NCBI GenBank assembly: GCA_043228905.1
Contig: JBHGNT010000004.1
Span: 6,076,001-6,140,000 of the forward strand
From: Azolla caroliniana
Taxonomy: Eukaryota; Plantae; Polypodiophyta
Direction of reading: 5' to 3'
DNA length: 64,000 nucleotides
The notes under the pieces are model-generated. The model did no database searches and was not told where the DNA came from. It saw only the letters and a program-made list of their open reading frames with translations. Of the stretch, positions 49,290-64,000 are shown piece after piece (position 1 is the stretch's first letter; every line of letters starts with the position of its first letter). A program made the position numbers and the translations under genes.

Positions 49290-50400
49290 GTAACAGTCGT
49301 TGTGTACCCACAATCGATCTACAGGATTGGTACCATAAAACAGGAACGCATAGAGGAGGGGGAAATATTATAATCCATGCAAACAAGTATACCAACGGAT
49401 CCTAGTTCGTCCTCTTTACACTAAAAGGTATTTGGATATGGCATCGAAGCAAAGTTAAGTGCATGGTTTGAAGAAAATGGTAAGAAGGCTTATGTGCGAG
49501 CTAGTTTTCAAAAACATCTGTTCATCTCTCTTACCTTCTCACTCTTTCGAATGCTAGTGGATGAAAGTCGTTCAAAAAGGTAAAAAATTATTTTTGTTGC
49601 TTTATGGACTTCAAGAGTGCTTTTGATTTAGTGCCCCATGAGCATCTTTCGGAATGCATGGAAGAAATTGAGGTATCAAAAGAATATTGTGGCAATTTCT
49701 CGAATCTGCAATATGTAATGACAATTTCTCAAATCTGTCGAGAGGGAATATACTGTGTGTATGGGAGGTGAAAATTTTCAAATTTTTTTGTCAACACAAT
49801 TGGTGCTAAGCAAAGTTGGGCATGCTCCCCGACCCTATTCTTTAATGCATTATTGAACCCAAACAAATGCTTGATGAGTTTGTAAAATAAGAAGGCATTG
49901 AAGATGTTAACATTTGGAATGTACTTAACATAAAGTTGATATGCATAAATATCATGGTGATTTTAGCAAATACTTTTGAGGATGTACAAAAGTTTATGAG
50001 TGCCTTGACCGAAAACTTTTGCATGCATAATGTCATGAATCTAAGTGAGAACTAGGAAAAAGGGATAAAAGATCAAGAGATAATATCAGTTTATTGAGAA
50101 TTTTGAGTCCAAATTCACATGACCATCAATCTCAATTGGAGGAGGCAGAGATGGGCATGCAAAGATGGTCCTACCCAATCCCAAATTTTCAAAGAGGATA
50201 TAAATTGATGATGTCCATGTGCAAAGTCTTGACAATCCAACTTGTTGGACATGCTCTCAAAGTTTAGCTTGAATTCGTTCAAGTTGTATTGCATTTTGTA
50301 ATTTGATCATTGTTTCTTGTAAAGACATTCACATGGTTGCAATTATTTTAATGGACGTCCAACATGGGATTCCATTTGAATGTTCGAGCACCTCATCAAC
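49290..50400 (+). mobile_element. Highly decayed LINE RT relic
   Basis: Broken motifs FMDFKSAFDLVP and IGAKQSWACSPTLF; boundaries approximate. Confidence 0.55.
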
Positions 50401-50538
50401 AACCTTTGATGCCCGTCAACACATGTTGGAGGTTATATTGAATTTGTCATGAACGCATGACCATTATGGCATTACCCTTACTTAAACCTAGGACCTTTTA
50501 ATCCATAACTGAAAACCCCAACCGTTAAGATAGCTTAT

Positions 50539-50853
50539 TGTTATATGAGAAGATAAAAGCTACTTTTATAATATATTGATTATTGTAAAAACTCTGGATC
50601 ATTCTAGAATGTCCTAGAACATCTTAGAATATTCTAGGTCTAGAACATTCTAGAAATCTCTAAGCTATTATATAAGAACCTATAAATAGAGACACACATG
50701 TATTCTCAAATCAATTAGAATCAACACCAATCTTAAGATCTCGTCACCTATTTTGTATCCATTCTCATTCAATCTAAATACATTCATTCCTCTTTTCTTA
50801 TGATCTCTTTATATCTTTTTTTTGTCACTCTATCTTTTCTCTTGGTTTTGACA
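50539..50853 (+). mobile_element. Possible short solo LTR
   Basis: TG...CA bounded segment with TTCTAGAA repeats and CTATAAATAG; no TSD found. Confidence 0.35.
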
Positions 50854-50949
50854 GAATTTCTCAAAGCAATGTTTAGTATATGACTCATCCATGCTCCAAT
50901 TCTACTTTACCTTGTCTTCCTCACATCTTTTGACTACTCCCAAACGGTT

Positions 50950-52080
50950 AGATGATGCAACATTATTGGATTTGGAAATCCATTTGATGGCTCGTAGATT
51001 TGCATTATTAGGAGATATGTGGCAATGAGATCAACCATGGATATCTATGATGTAATATTTTGTTGAGCGTGAAGGATTGGTGCATGGGAAAACAAAGATT
51101 AAAGCATTGTGGTGATCGTTACTCAATGGATGTATTCTTCTAAAGATTTAAAAATTTGTATGTCGACGACAGTTGGTAAGGTCATGACACTTCGTGCATT
51201 ATCTTTTTTTGAGTGGGAACCATCTAGTGATCGAGAATTTTGTAATTCATTAGAAAATGAATTGCTTGTTTCTTCTTGGATGTTGTATTGGGCATGGAAA
51301 AGAGAAGCTAAGATCTCAACTCAATCGTTTATTTCAAGTGGGGGTTGTACATTTGGGAGATTTGGTTGAAATGAATCTCAAAGGTTGTTGGAATTTGAAG
51401 ATGCCAAACGATGGTTATCTATTCTCCCAAAGTATGATTTATTTGGGAGGTATCATTATCTTGGCTATCTTCTAAAGCAAAAAAGGTGTGGAATGTATGT
51501 AAGTCGAATGCAAGGTGATGGCAAACATTACAACGTGGTTGGCATTCTCATTTGCCATTTTGTGCAAAGGTATTCATATGGAGAGTCGTGATTTGTGGGC
51601 TTCCATTAGGTTCAGCCTTAAATAGAGTAGGACTAGGGCTAGACACATGGTTCTTTTGCACCATTCTGTTGGAGGATAGTACACATACATAGGTTCATTA
51701 AATGTCCTATAGCATGTATCATTTGAAAATACTTTATAGGATATTCGGCAAAGTTTTAACTCATTGTTATTTGAGACCTCAACAATAGGTTTTTTCTCAA
51801 TATGTTCAAAATGGTCCAAATGATGAGATAGAGATAATGTTCCATTTTTTTATGATATTGTGGATTGTATCACAATTGGAATATGCGTAATGCTTTCATG
51901 TTTGATAGTAGAGATTGGGTGAAAGCCTATATGAAGAAGTTGAAAGGTACTCTTATGTGGAATTTCTAGATGTTTGAGCATGTGGGGCTCAAATGCATAT
52001 TCCAATTTCCTAGTGATGTTACATGACGTCCCTCTCCTTATATAGGATAGGATAGGTAAGTAGAGGAGATTAAGAAGTGG
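50950..52080 (+). mobile_element. Decayed L1-type LINE 3' fragment related to 15560-16010
   Basis: WNMRNAFMF motif near 51880 (ATATGCGTAATGCTTT shared with ~15950); boundaries approximate. Confidence 0.4.
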
Positions 52081-52651
52081 ATTTGACATACAATTAATAT
52101 AATTTTGTGCTTTTACAAAATAAAAGGTGTGTGTCTGTGAGATGCCACATGGTAAATAATTGCACGCGGTCTCTAAAGCAAAGCAAAAAGCAAAAGGAAG
52201 TCATCAACCACTGAGTGAGTGTGAGTGTGAGTGTGTTATCCATCTTGTTCATGTGGTTGCCACGTGCTAATAAAAAAAAACAAAAAGCAAGAACAACTCA
52301 TCAACTTGCCATGCATTGCATTCAAATAATACACACATGTGCAAGTCACTCTTGTCCATATTATGTATCTCTTATACAAGGCCGTGCTACAAGTTGTGCT
52401 TCGATAATCCTACTCCATAGATGTCAATACACCTCACATTGCTCCTATTTTCAAGCGTAAGCTCATGTGTATTCTCTCTTGACTACAATACCTTCAAAGT
52501 GTGGCCATTCATAGTTAAGAAGTTGGGGCAATTGGCAACCTCTTGGCCATGCTTTGCTTCTACTTTAAAGTGTGCATGTTTCAAAGCCAAATCTCGCAAG
52601 GCACATTTGGCTTTGAAAAGATGATTTCATGACATTTGAAATGTGGGATCG

Positions 52652-52952
52652 AACATATTTTATAATGACATTAACAAGTAGAGATTTGTATAATGAAGAT
52701 GCCATGTGGTTTAGATAGATCATAGAAGTATAATATATGGTAATCAAGGTCAAAACATAAGGGTGATAAGAGGTCAACATATATCATGTGATTTGCTCTC
52801 CTTCTTACCCAAATGTGGCATGTGACATATTTTATAATGACATTAACAAGTAGAGATTTGTATAATGAAGATGCCATGTGGTTTAGATAGAAGTATAATA
52901 TCTGGTAAGCAAGGTCAAAACATAAGGGTGATAACAGGTCTACATATATCAT
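52652..52952. repeat. Direct duplication (~130 bp x2)
   Basis: CATATTTTATAATGACATTAACAAGTAGAG...CATATATCATG at ~52653 and ~52826. Confidence 0.85.
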
Positions 52953-55739
52953 GAACATTTATAAAGACAACAAAGAGAGCGTCTCAATTCAACGCATGTG
53001 ACCAATATGCAACATAATAAGGGTTTGACTCAGGAAATCACATGTATATAATTTAGAGATATCAATTCAACGGTAAGGTGGAGATACGGATAATATTCCC
53101 TAACACTCAATAAATATCCTTCTGCATGTATAGACCCTATTATGAAACAACATTGCTTGGATTCCAAACTATTTTCTTATTGTGGGTTGAAAAACACATG
53201 GGGTTGTAACGTGTCCATATGTTGAAGTAGTTTCTAACTTTATGTATACATTGTGGATTACAACATCCCTCTATTAACATATGTTGTTTCTTATGTGAAA
53301 AATAAACATTTTCACCCAATTATTAAAGTTGTCAATTGAATTATGATAACTAACACTCCTCTTCTAATTCCCACGAGTAACAAAAGGACACAGGCTAGAT
53401 TTGGATTTGAACAAAGAAAATCTTTAGGAATCTTGAGAAATTGAGTTAATTTCCCTGAGATGTTGTGAATAGGAACTTAATTAAGGTTTTGAAAAAGTGT
53501 TACTAATGTTTTTCAACCCCCGCAATAATAACTCTGTCCAAGCATTTACACAATTAAAGAAATATGCTTATATGTATAGAAATTTCAAAATTTGTGTGTC
53601 AATGTTGTTCTAACCAGCTTTATCTAAATGGCAAAGATCAATGGTCTATCTTGATTAAATTTTGGTAATTCGGTTAAGCTTCTCCTTTCGTTACATCCAT
53701 CCATGAACAATTATGCGTAATATTATATGTATTTTCTAAACGACATGGATTTTGAGAATGATGTGAATTCAACAACATGGCTGAGGAAGTTTTGTCAACT
53801 TACTCGTTTACAAAGACAAAAAATTATCATATGCAAACAGGAAGTGTGAGAGGAGGAGACATGTTAAAGCATGTGAAACGATGCGAACTCAAGTAAGATA
53901 AGATCAATGAAGAGATGTAGGCGCATTCGCAACTATAATATGAAATGTGGAGCTCATGCTCTTAAGCGAACAACTTTTGATTCATGTGTAATTGGATTAT
54001 ATACATGTATCTCCCCTCCCATACTCTCATTTTCTTGTGCCCCAGATTGCTCTCTACTCTCCTCAATTGCTATGATCCTCATGCATATCATATATCTTCA
54101 ACCAGTATGTCACAACAACAAATCTCCTTGAATATAATAATTTACTATAACAAGATTATATACGTCTAAATATCAATATCAATAGAGTTCTAGAATTACA
54201 CAAGTGCGGTAACCACATGAGTGTTGTCCTTTGACAACTACATATCTTGAGCAAGCCTTCATCAACAAATTTGCAAAGCCATGGAAGACATTGAGATCAC
54301 TTGACAATATACACACAAGGTGTCGGGAATTAAAATGTGCCGCAAACAAATGATGGATAATTAGGATTTAAACGTTGAGTAGGAGAAATCTAAGCCATAA
54401 GTGAGAATAACTCTAGTTATTAAAAAAACCAAAAATATTGATACAATTTTGTTATTCCAATACAAGTCATGAACGGAAATTGGAATAACAAGCATACCTT
54501 GCCTCCACAAGTGCAGTTGTGCCAACAACTAAGAATCTTCCAATCCACATATGATGTGTAAACAAGGATTAGACATAGGAGTAACTCTACCAATTGATGG
54601 ATCTTCAACTTTGGGATTGTTTCAAAATTAGAGAACCCTCCATCTATTTGCGGGTAACAACTTGGTGCTACTCCATATTGCCAATTCCATTTTTAATAGA
54701 GCTTCTAAACCAGACAACAATCTCCAATGTTTGTGGACGATGGAAAATCATAGATGAGAAAAGAAACGGATAGCAAAAAGAGCACAAATTAAGTTGATGC
54801 TTAAATAAACAAGATGTAAATGCTCTCTCAAGTGTTTTGTAGTTCTTTTTTGCATGTTATATAAAATGCATACACAGAATACTGCTCTCATCATCAGATT
54901 GAGTTTTGTGTTTACACAATAACAGCTAGGAAATTTACATACCTTTCTTGGGTGTTTAATAGTCTTTTTTTTCAAAAATAGGTGTTTCATAGTTTTAATT
55001 GTTCACTTTGGAACTGACAGGATGCTCTCATTTCCACATTTGAATTTTAGGCACATGCTTTTGCTGTCACATTGATTTTTATGTTGTGCATCTGTATGCA
55101 CCTCTATGTGCTCATCCTTTGATGGAATGCCAACATGCAGTCATATGTACACTGTTATAGTCATGTTCACATTCCAATATTATAGACATTTCACATTTCC
55201 CCTGTTTTGCAATCATCATGACCTAAACTCTTGACTAATTTCATAATGCTCATCTAAATTTGACGCTGCCATTGCTTACTTTGGCTACATTCACATTAAC
55301 CATGCGTAGTATATCTTCATTTCATGAAATCACAAAATAGCCATACAATGAAAAAACACCAATTTGAAATTAAGGATCTAAATGTAGATAGACCTTTCTT
55401 ACGAAGGGAATCATTGAATCAACAGCATTGCCATTATTTTGACCACCAAACTTCAGTAATTTAAAATATGCTTGAATCAAATGACAACCAGCAGTAATCA
55501 GCCGGTTAAACCTCTTTCAATATCAACAAGTCCCTTGTAACTTTAAACAGCTATGCCTAGAAAATTTCTGTAGTATAGAGATGCAACCATTCATGTGCAC
55601 ATAGACATCAACAAGGTGTTCATATAACATTGTGTTAGACACACACATAACCTTGCAGATTACCATATAAATTGAGATTATAAGAAAATATGACGTTTCT
55701 CACAAAAAATTCCAAATAAAAATCAGCAGTATACTGTCA

Positions 55740-57858
55740 TCAACTTGAGAAGAATGTCTCCACATTGTGCAACCATCTCATATATTCACGATGCTCCTTG
55801 GCTGACATGTAATCCAGAACATATGTTGCAACCTTGGCAGAAAGTCCTCTTGCTTTCAAGAGATCATGAAATGCACGTTGCATATTCTCATCCAATTCCC
55901 TATGACAAAAAAAAAAAAAAACAGTTAGAAAACTAGCTAAATGCAACCAATACAAAGGGAATTTCAAATATCTAGATCAAGTTTCTTCTAGATATTGGAA
56001 CCGGCTAGAATAAAAGAATCCAAGACCAAATTGGAATATCTTGATGGCTTACTCAAAAGGAGGGCCCTGATATGGTTGTGGTCCTGAATCATCATCTTTG
56101 GTTTCTTCGGTTGACCCATCGGTTACAAATGCGATAGACTCTATAGCCACTTCAGTATCTCCACGTGTGAACACACATTCCATCTCTAAAGTTGGAACTT
56201 GTCCCTCTTTCTTTATGGTAACATTGAGGTGAAGGACTTGTTCTGATTCTCCTTGTGAGGGGGTTTCTTCGTTTTCATCTTCCTGGCTTTCCTCGTCATT
56301 TTCATCCTTCTCATCCTCACTCATTGATTCTTCCGGAGCATCGGGATATCTCGTCTCAACTATACATGCTACTGAGATTTCTTCTTTACCAAAAGCTCTT
56401 TTCAGCATGATTTCCTCTGTTCCTGGCTTGTCCTCAACCTCAAAAGGACCAGCAGAGCCCTTCACGGCACCTTTCTGTCATGAAAAGAAGAACCAAATGT
56501 TAAAGTTGAAAGTTAATGAAGTTCACAGACACTTATCATCTCCAGCCATTAGAATATATTCATTACAATCACATGACAATGTTTATGCATTGTGTAACAA
56601 AAGTAATGGGCAGCACGCATTAAGAACCATTGCATACTAGCAATTTGAAGCCTAAGCCCAATGAAGTTCAAGTTCCTAGAAGGACAAAGATGAATATTTC
56701 CACCAACAAAGCAATAGGAAATTTGATCACCAGTATAAGGGAGTTTTTAAGGCTGCAGGGAAAAAACATTAAGTTTTGCAAAAAATGGAACAGAAAGAAA
56801 TGTCAAAATCAACAAAAACCGTAGATGTCAATATTAGATAATTTAGCGGGACTACAAAAACTCTAAGATCACTGTCCACAGTTGAAGCTTCATGATCACT
56901 GTCCACATCAAAATAGATATTAACTCGACTGTAATTAGAAAATTTCCAATATCATTGCTTACATTTGAAACCCACTTTAGGAAGCTTAATTTTGTTTCCA
57001 AAAAATGAAACTCAAAACAAATGTCATAAGTTGTGTGCAAGAATCGCATTGAAAATGTTAATTATACCTAGATAATAAAAGTTGGCAGGAAACAAAATTG
57101 AGGACTTATGAGAAAGATTGAACAGTTCCATATTCAGTCATCAGAGGAAACCATAATTCTTAACTTTGCTTGTGAAACCCTAAACTTATCTTACATTGGG
57201 CATTAAATTCATGGATTTTGTTTTTCTTCACAAAAAAAGCAAAATGAAATGTTCACATTTGAATGTTCATGACGGGGACTCAACAAATCCAAGGAATCAA
57301 AGATACGTGTAAAACACTATCTTTCCATTACTTGCATTAAATTAATAGCTTTTCTTTTTCTTCTTCACCGGGAGACACAAAACAAATGTTCTAATTTGAA
57401 GGTTCAGGATGAGAATTGTTCGATAGTCATGCACAATCCAATGGAAAATACCCAAATTTACATGTGGAACCTTGGCATTTAAATTGCTGGTTTCTTTTTT
57501 CTCCTCCTTCACTAGGAAATCAAAGAAAAATAGCCAGAGGAGGAAAACATAACAAAACTTCCTGAGAGAAAAGAAGTATAAATACCCTGTCAGCTTCTTG
57601 TTTGAGCTCATGATCGATCTCGGATTTAAGAACCTCCAAGAGGTAGGTATCTGCAGGGCTAGCGCGTGTAGCGAATGTGAGACGCTGGGAGGTAGAGAGA
57701 GAGACTCCGAACAAACCATTGTGGCTATGGTGAAGAAGATGGAGATGACGATGACGATCATGATGATGATGATGAAGATGATTCTTGGAGACAAGAGCAG
57801 ATGAAAGGTTCCATCGCCGTAGCGCAGGAGACCTGATAAGCAGATTGCGTGCAGACAT
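55740..57858 (-). CDS. Mitochondrial acidic glycoprotein, MAM33/p32 family; exons 57586-57858, 56053-56474, 55740-55899
   Basis: Arg/Ser-rich presequence, LLEVLKSEIDHE, PFEVEDKPG, YQGPPFEELDENMQRAF...KEHREYMRWL; in-frame GT-AG joins. Confidence 0.9.
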
Positions 57859-57885
57859 CGCTATCGCTATGGCTATGGTCTCGTG

Positions 57886-57963
57886 GATTAGGGGTTTTAG
57901 GGGGGGTTTTAGGGTTGGCTTGTACTACTTTGATGCTCTTTCTGGTTTTTTTTTAGGGTTTTG
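57886..57963 (-). promoter_or_regulatory. Telo-box-like motifs (AAACCCTA) upstream of the MAM33-family gene
   Basis: TAGGGTTT at ~57954 and TAGGGTT/TAGGGGTT variants at 57888-57916. Confidence 0.5.
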
Positions 57964-60367
57964 CTTTACTTCTCTTTGCTTCTCTTTAGCAATTGTGTTT
58001 TGATTGTTTTGTTTGTTGCTTTTGGGCTTTGGTGATGTTCTCGTCTCGCCATCACAATGACCATGTGTTCTCCGGATAGATGTTCTTTGCTGGCCAAAAA
58101 ACAAACGGTCATTTTAACTCTCAAGAATTCATCCGATCCGACCCCAGTAGGCATCACGAGAACCAGCGTTCCTTAGGCTACTTGCTACGCACCCGTTGGT
58201 CAATCCGTCCATCCTTCCACCCGCCCATCGGGTCAAACAGTTGGTTTTCTTGTGTTCTCAACACTTCATCATCATACATGCTCGTGGCATGGATAGTCTA
58301 TGTTGATGCCTTACAGTTGGTATTTACATGTATTTTCGTTTTCTCTTTTCTTGTGAATCACATGGAATCGTCTCACAACTCAATACATTTCATTGGTTTA
58401 TCCTTTCAACTTATTTCTACTAGTTTAGTGGATTTTCTACAAGCTTTATAATCACAAAATATATTCCCTTCTAAGCCAAAAGACCTTAGTGGAATGTCAA
58501 TCCTAAATATCTAATGAGTGTGCGATATATATAGTGGCAACAAATTCATCAAATATGAAACGTTATGGAGTGACTACAAATACATGTACAAACTATGGGT
58601 ATTACAAAGCTCTATATCCCGTCCAAGTTTCTCTTTTCATTTTACTTTCATGCTATTTAAGAACAAGCTCTTTAAACATAAGAATGAGTCCTCTAACTAA
58701 TTAAAGATGCATGATGGACCCATAATACATTGCCTTGATTCACTTGGCTAATTACACTCCCTCTATTACTCATTAGGTCCTCGATGAGGGCAAGGAAACA
58801 AGAACTACCACCCATCAAAGTCTTTTTAAGGCCACAAGCCTTCACTTGATACACATTATTTTTGCATATAATGAGATAATGGGAAATCCACATACTAAGG
58901 GATATATATATGCACATTCTTTACAATCCAAGTTCTCAATCTCCTTTCTATAGCCTATCAATACTAGAATGAGGTACTCTTTCAGGATATGAACGTCAAA
59001 GTACTTCATCTATCAACTTGATGATGTAGGCTAAGGACTCAATTTTAATATACCACTACAATTATTCTTCAAAACGAACCATTTTGTTACAAATGTGAAA
59101 TGTATATGACATAAACGTCAATAACCTTTTGTTCCAATTTTATACAGCAATCGATTATGGACACTAGCGGGGCACTTCATTGTATGTTGTCATGAGCCCA
59201 CATCGACCATATAAACATCATTTACAGGCAAAATGTGACCCTATCATAACTTGCTTAATTTAAGTCCGTACACATTAACTAGGTTTTAGATCCACATCAT
59301 TTAAGAGAATTAGATTTTAGAACACCATATTTTCACTTTCCTACATGTGACCATTCAGCTACATGCACACCACATAAACATACCGCAACAATTTAGGTAG
59401 ATTAATTTACATGAAAAGCCAGCCTTCACTTGGCTTTACCATGTCCTCATTGGGCATGTGGCTCCATGTGAATTGTGCCTAGTAGAAAAACTAAGTATAG
59501 CCCAGCTTGAATGTTAAGTTTATAAAGATGTGCTTGGAGCTACATAATAGCCACATGGCCAAGCACAAATAGAAATTCTGTAGGCATGTCCAAATCCAAG
59601 AATTTCTCTATACCATGTCCAAATAACTCTCATAAGGAATGTGTTCACACCCTGGATAAACTTTAAATTGGGGCATGTTCCAGAAATAATTGCATACAGA
59701 AATGTCATGCTTCATTCAATCTACCTTATCTATGTATCGCCCTCATTTCAAATAATAGGGTTCTTACATAAGCCAACTTGTGTGAGAGATAACATACAAA
59801 AGTCAGAAGACAATGATGTCTATGTATGTATACAAATTTCTGCACAGCTTGACACAAAGTTAGTAGAGTGTAATATACAATGCAACATTCCACCTCTCGT
59901 CCAAACATCTAGATCAAACTTTTGTCCAGTTGGCATCAGAAAAGGCATTTGGAGTAGTAAATGATTGTAATGGCAACACGATGCCTAAAAAGGTTTGACA
60001 TGTGCATTCAATTTATGTTAGTAACGGCGATTGATGTCACATATCACTCTCTAAAAATGAATTCAAAGATTCTTCATACATGCATGGTTATGATGGTTGA
60101 AAAGCCCTCCATATCAGTTAACTACCTCTTTCCGAGTCTAATCACAACTCCTTACTAAGAAAATAGAGCAATGTGAAAAGAGACAGGTAAATGCTCAAAA
60201 ATGCCCATACAAACAAACCTGGAGGACTTGGCTGACTGTGCAACACAACTATACTCAAGAAAGGATGCTTCCATTGGAAGGTAAGAAACCCTCATCATAC
60301 TACACTGTAAAAAGTTTGTTTTTTTAGTGCGCAGCCACCACTACCTGTACAGTTTTACATTATTTAT

Positions 60368-63300
60368 TCACTTCTTTCCACCTGCAGGTGTTGTTCGAGG
60401 TTTTGCTTTGATTTCAGACTCCTGTACACACAAGATAAGAATAAGATGTAAACAAAACTGAACCCTCAAGCAACAGGGATCATTATGAACAATCAAAATT
60501 CAATTTTGAAGCAGCACAAGAACTCTTATTCATGTTAGCAAGAAATAAGAAACAAAACCGGAAATTCAGGTGATTCTAAGCATGTGGATCATGTGTACAG
60601 TCAACCCATATCTCCAAAATCTCTAAGCCAAGTTAACCAACCTATCCCCATGAAGTTTCACTTTATATTTACTTTCTAAAACAGGGAAATATAATTGTGT
60701 ACATAAAAATTTCCTTCCCTGCCAATTGAATATTTTTCCCACCTCAATCTCACACTAGAAAGTGAAGGCAAATACAGAGAGTTGACCAATATATACCACA
60801 GACTATGAAGCTGTGATAGTGGAAAAGACTCTTGAAAAAGGGGGATCGATCATGTAAACAGGTTAACTAAATACATGTACAAAGTGAATGCATCTTTCTT
60901 CAATCTCTTTTATAGATGAATGCTATAGATTCATCAAAGATTGCTCTCCCTAAAGAAAGAGATAGGGCAAAAAGTACACAAAATGGGAATAAAGAGAATG
61001 CAAAAAAAGAATCTTCAACTGTAGAAGTGGTTAAAGCAAGACACGAGAAGGCAACCTGAACTCCTCAGCAAGAATCAAATGAATTTCAATAAAGTTGAAA
61101 TACTCTCTTTTACATGGGGTCAACACACCTGAGTAGGATGAAGTAAAATGTAATTCTTTGCAGTAGCTGGATTATGATTCTCTGCACCTTTGCTCCAGTC
61201 ATAGCTAACCTGGCAAATATTAAATAGAAGCATCTTCAATCCCAAATATTTGAGTATGAAATACTTCAAGTTTGTTAATCTTGATACAACTGCAACCCTT
61301 CTTACAGCATAAGCAAAAATTGACCCATCAAGATTGAAGGAGCTGCATGGAATTGGTTGATTGCATCTCTGCATTGCCTGCAAATAAAATTTGATTGATT
61401 ACCAGTTCTTGATATAAAACACCTAGAATATGTACACCTTCAATAAACAACATTATTTAATGTGAAACTAGCATACTGAATGTAAAACAGCTACAGCATG
61501 TAAATCATCTATGAACAATATTTATTTTAAGTGAAACTAGTGTATTGAACGTGAAACAATCAGAATATGTGCATCATCTTTTATTATCAGAATGTTCTTT
61601 GAACCTAGTGGATGGTGGGGAGGAGGGGGGTAAGAGATGCTGCTAATAGCTGCCGCAGGCTAAGATTTAAAATATATGCATCTAGTGCAAGTTTGTGAAA
61701 TCATAAACCCACTTAAACCATCTGAAAAGAGAGATATGTGTAGCAGTCAAATTTACAATAAAATATTCAAATTTGTCCAAACCTTTAATATTACAAGCAC
61801 ACACCTTTAATCTCTGTTTATTTTCTTTATCCCAAAAGTTGTATGCTCCATCAGAACCAGCTGTAGAAAATGTTGAGTGAACCTACGAGAACCGATTGTG
61901 TATATAGATCGCTGTCAATCAATAGAGATGTGGGCATAGAACGATGGTAGTATTACTAATTCTAACAAATCTCTTGAGGCAAGAACAACCATTAATAAAT
62001 TAAAACCTAATGGCATTAACTGGTAGCAAAATGAGAATATTACACACATCACATATTTTGAAACAAAGTCTCAATTAAGGGAAGTGAATATTTATGTAAA
62101 ATGCACCTGACACAACCATTCTGAAGTGAATTTTATCATTTGAATAAGGGTCAGGTAAAACGAGGCGCAAATTACATATAGCTGCTTTATTTACCTTTAA
62201 GAGCATGTTTCAGATAGCTCTCTGTGACAACAGTACATAGAATAGAGGCAACCATAGAGGAAAATAAATTCATGGATTTTTAAGGCAAATAGAGATAGTA
62301 ACATGAAACAGCAAGAAGAGTTAATCCCAAGATAACCAACCATTTAATAACAGACTGTAACAAAGTAATAAGCCAATTCAAACCAAAATAGATTCCTTGC
62401 TATACTTTTAAGCACAGCATACATTCAATAAAAACTGCAACGATCAGCTAAAGCATTTCAATGATAACATTTAAAGCTCTTCAGCAAGAGCTTACATAGG
62501 CACTTTACTCCTAATTTATAGAGAATATATGTTACTAATTGCAATACAAATATCTTACAGAAGTAGGACATACTGCTGTCTTCAAATGAAAATCTTACTG
62601 GATGAAAATTGATAGCATTCACTGCATATATATCATTGTTGTCCCTATGGCATTTGAAAGTGAAGTTTTTTGATTGTTGTGCTTCCTCAACATGTTGCAC
62701 GGCTACTCTACCTTCTATTGATCCAAGCTGATAATGATTGGAAGGACAAGTTAGTATCCATCATATACAAAATAAATCATCTTCGTACTAGTTTTAAATT
62801 TCCCCAGACTCACCAAAAAGCCTTGCTTGTCAGGAAATGTTGCCACACACCTTGTTTGGTACTTCAATGGTGATTGAATTCTCTTGTATTCTGTCTGAAG
62901 ATCAAGAGATGGATACAGCTGAGTTTTATAGAAATACCTTTCAGAAAGCAAATCAAATGTATAACCACTGATTATAATACAGTGCTATAGGCAGGAAGTA
63001 TGAATAAGACCTACTAGAGCATCACCTGAAGACAGAATGATAAACAAAGCCAAAACATGTCATTCAGTCCTGTAGGCCAAACAGGCCTCCTCATAGCAAT
63101 CAACTTAAGCAATGAGCATCCCTTGTTAAAGGTTGGGTGATTCAAGGTTCCAATGATGAGTCTAGCTTCTTCAGCTTTTAGCTTTAAATACTATTCCTAG
63201 ATTGCTTGCTTACCATATACAGCAAACAGCATAGCCTAACACTGCTTTTAAAATGCAAAATCTTCATTTTCTTACCAAAGAGGATAATTACCTAAGTTTT

Positions 63301-63963
63301 AACATAAGTATTTCATGTATCCACCCAGAAATGTTACAACTAACAAGCCAAAAAGAATAGCACCTGAGGATTAGAGAGGTCAAATATAACAACATGACGT
63401 TCAGCAGTCGCAACCACCATCAAAGGATGCCGTATACTGATTGCATAGCATTTATCCGGAAGCATTTGCGTATGTACTGGGTTTGATTGCCGCAAGTCCC
63501 AATATCTATATCACATCCAAATAATACTCAACATACATCAAAGTATATCACAACAGTTTTTTAAAAGAAAAACCTCTGCTCATCAACAAAATCTCATTCT
63601 AAAAGGCATATGATCTGTACTTGAGTGTTTTGTCCCAGCTTCCAGTTACAAGAAGGTTCATTTGTGGAATCCATTCTATACCCTTTATAGGTGCCTCATG
63701 CATACCCACTGTAACAGCTTGACCACCAGATAGAAGTGGCCACATCTTGGCCTGTTTATCACATCCCCCTGAGAATACGGTGGTTCCATCATCTTTCCAT
63801 GCCGAGCATAAAACCTTCACGATGAATCATGATGTTGTATCAAAGACTCGAGGATTCTTGAAAAAGTTGGATAAAACAGAATGGCTTCACTTACTGGTTG
63901 ATCATGTGAGATCGCTGCCATTGGAACACTTGCCCCATTTTGCTGAATCTCCCAGCAACGAAC
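60368..63963 (-). CDS. RAE1: mRNA export factor RAE1/Gle2 (WD40), 3' nine exons; 5' end lies beyond the window
   Basis: [69 protein letters not shown]; ends ...TPAGGKK*. Confidence 0.95.
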
Positions 63964-64000
63964 CTAACAATAGCAATATCACTAGACCCACTTATATAGA

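Noticed and set aside
31908-63963. Non-canonical (GC-AG or U12) introns in BGAL, ADK, MAM33 and RAE1
   Set aside because: All junctions I traced are GT-AG.

Overview
Land-plant nuclear DNA with spliceosomal GT-AG introns and an intron-containing plant elongator tRNA-Met. A non-seed plant such as a fern is my guess from TE types and gene style, not proven. Bases 1-15.2 kb are a nested retrotransposon pile sitting in a degenerate tandem array of tRNA-Met(CAU) genes. The pile contains a decayed Ty3/Gypsy pol plus LTR, a Ty1/Copia element inserted into a tRNA B-box, and two divergent copies of an LTR element carrying a coiled-coil accessory ORF. It also contains an LTR remnant holding a 621-bp TG..CA element with 154-bp terminal inverted repeats and a 5-bp TSD. 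Bases 16-64 kb are gene-rich: an RWP-RK (RKD-type) factor, an intronless 580-aa orphan ORF, an RTEX-like LINE inside an ~80-bp tandem repeat, GH35 beta-galactosidase, adenylate kinase, a MAM33-family mitochondrial glycoprotein and the 3' part of RAE1. Best candidates for something new: (1) the LTR family whose tRNA-Arg-like PBS points opposite to its promoter and accessory ORF, (2) the foldback LTR/Ginger-like element, (3) the tRNA-Met array repeatedly hit by retroelements.
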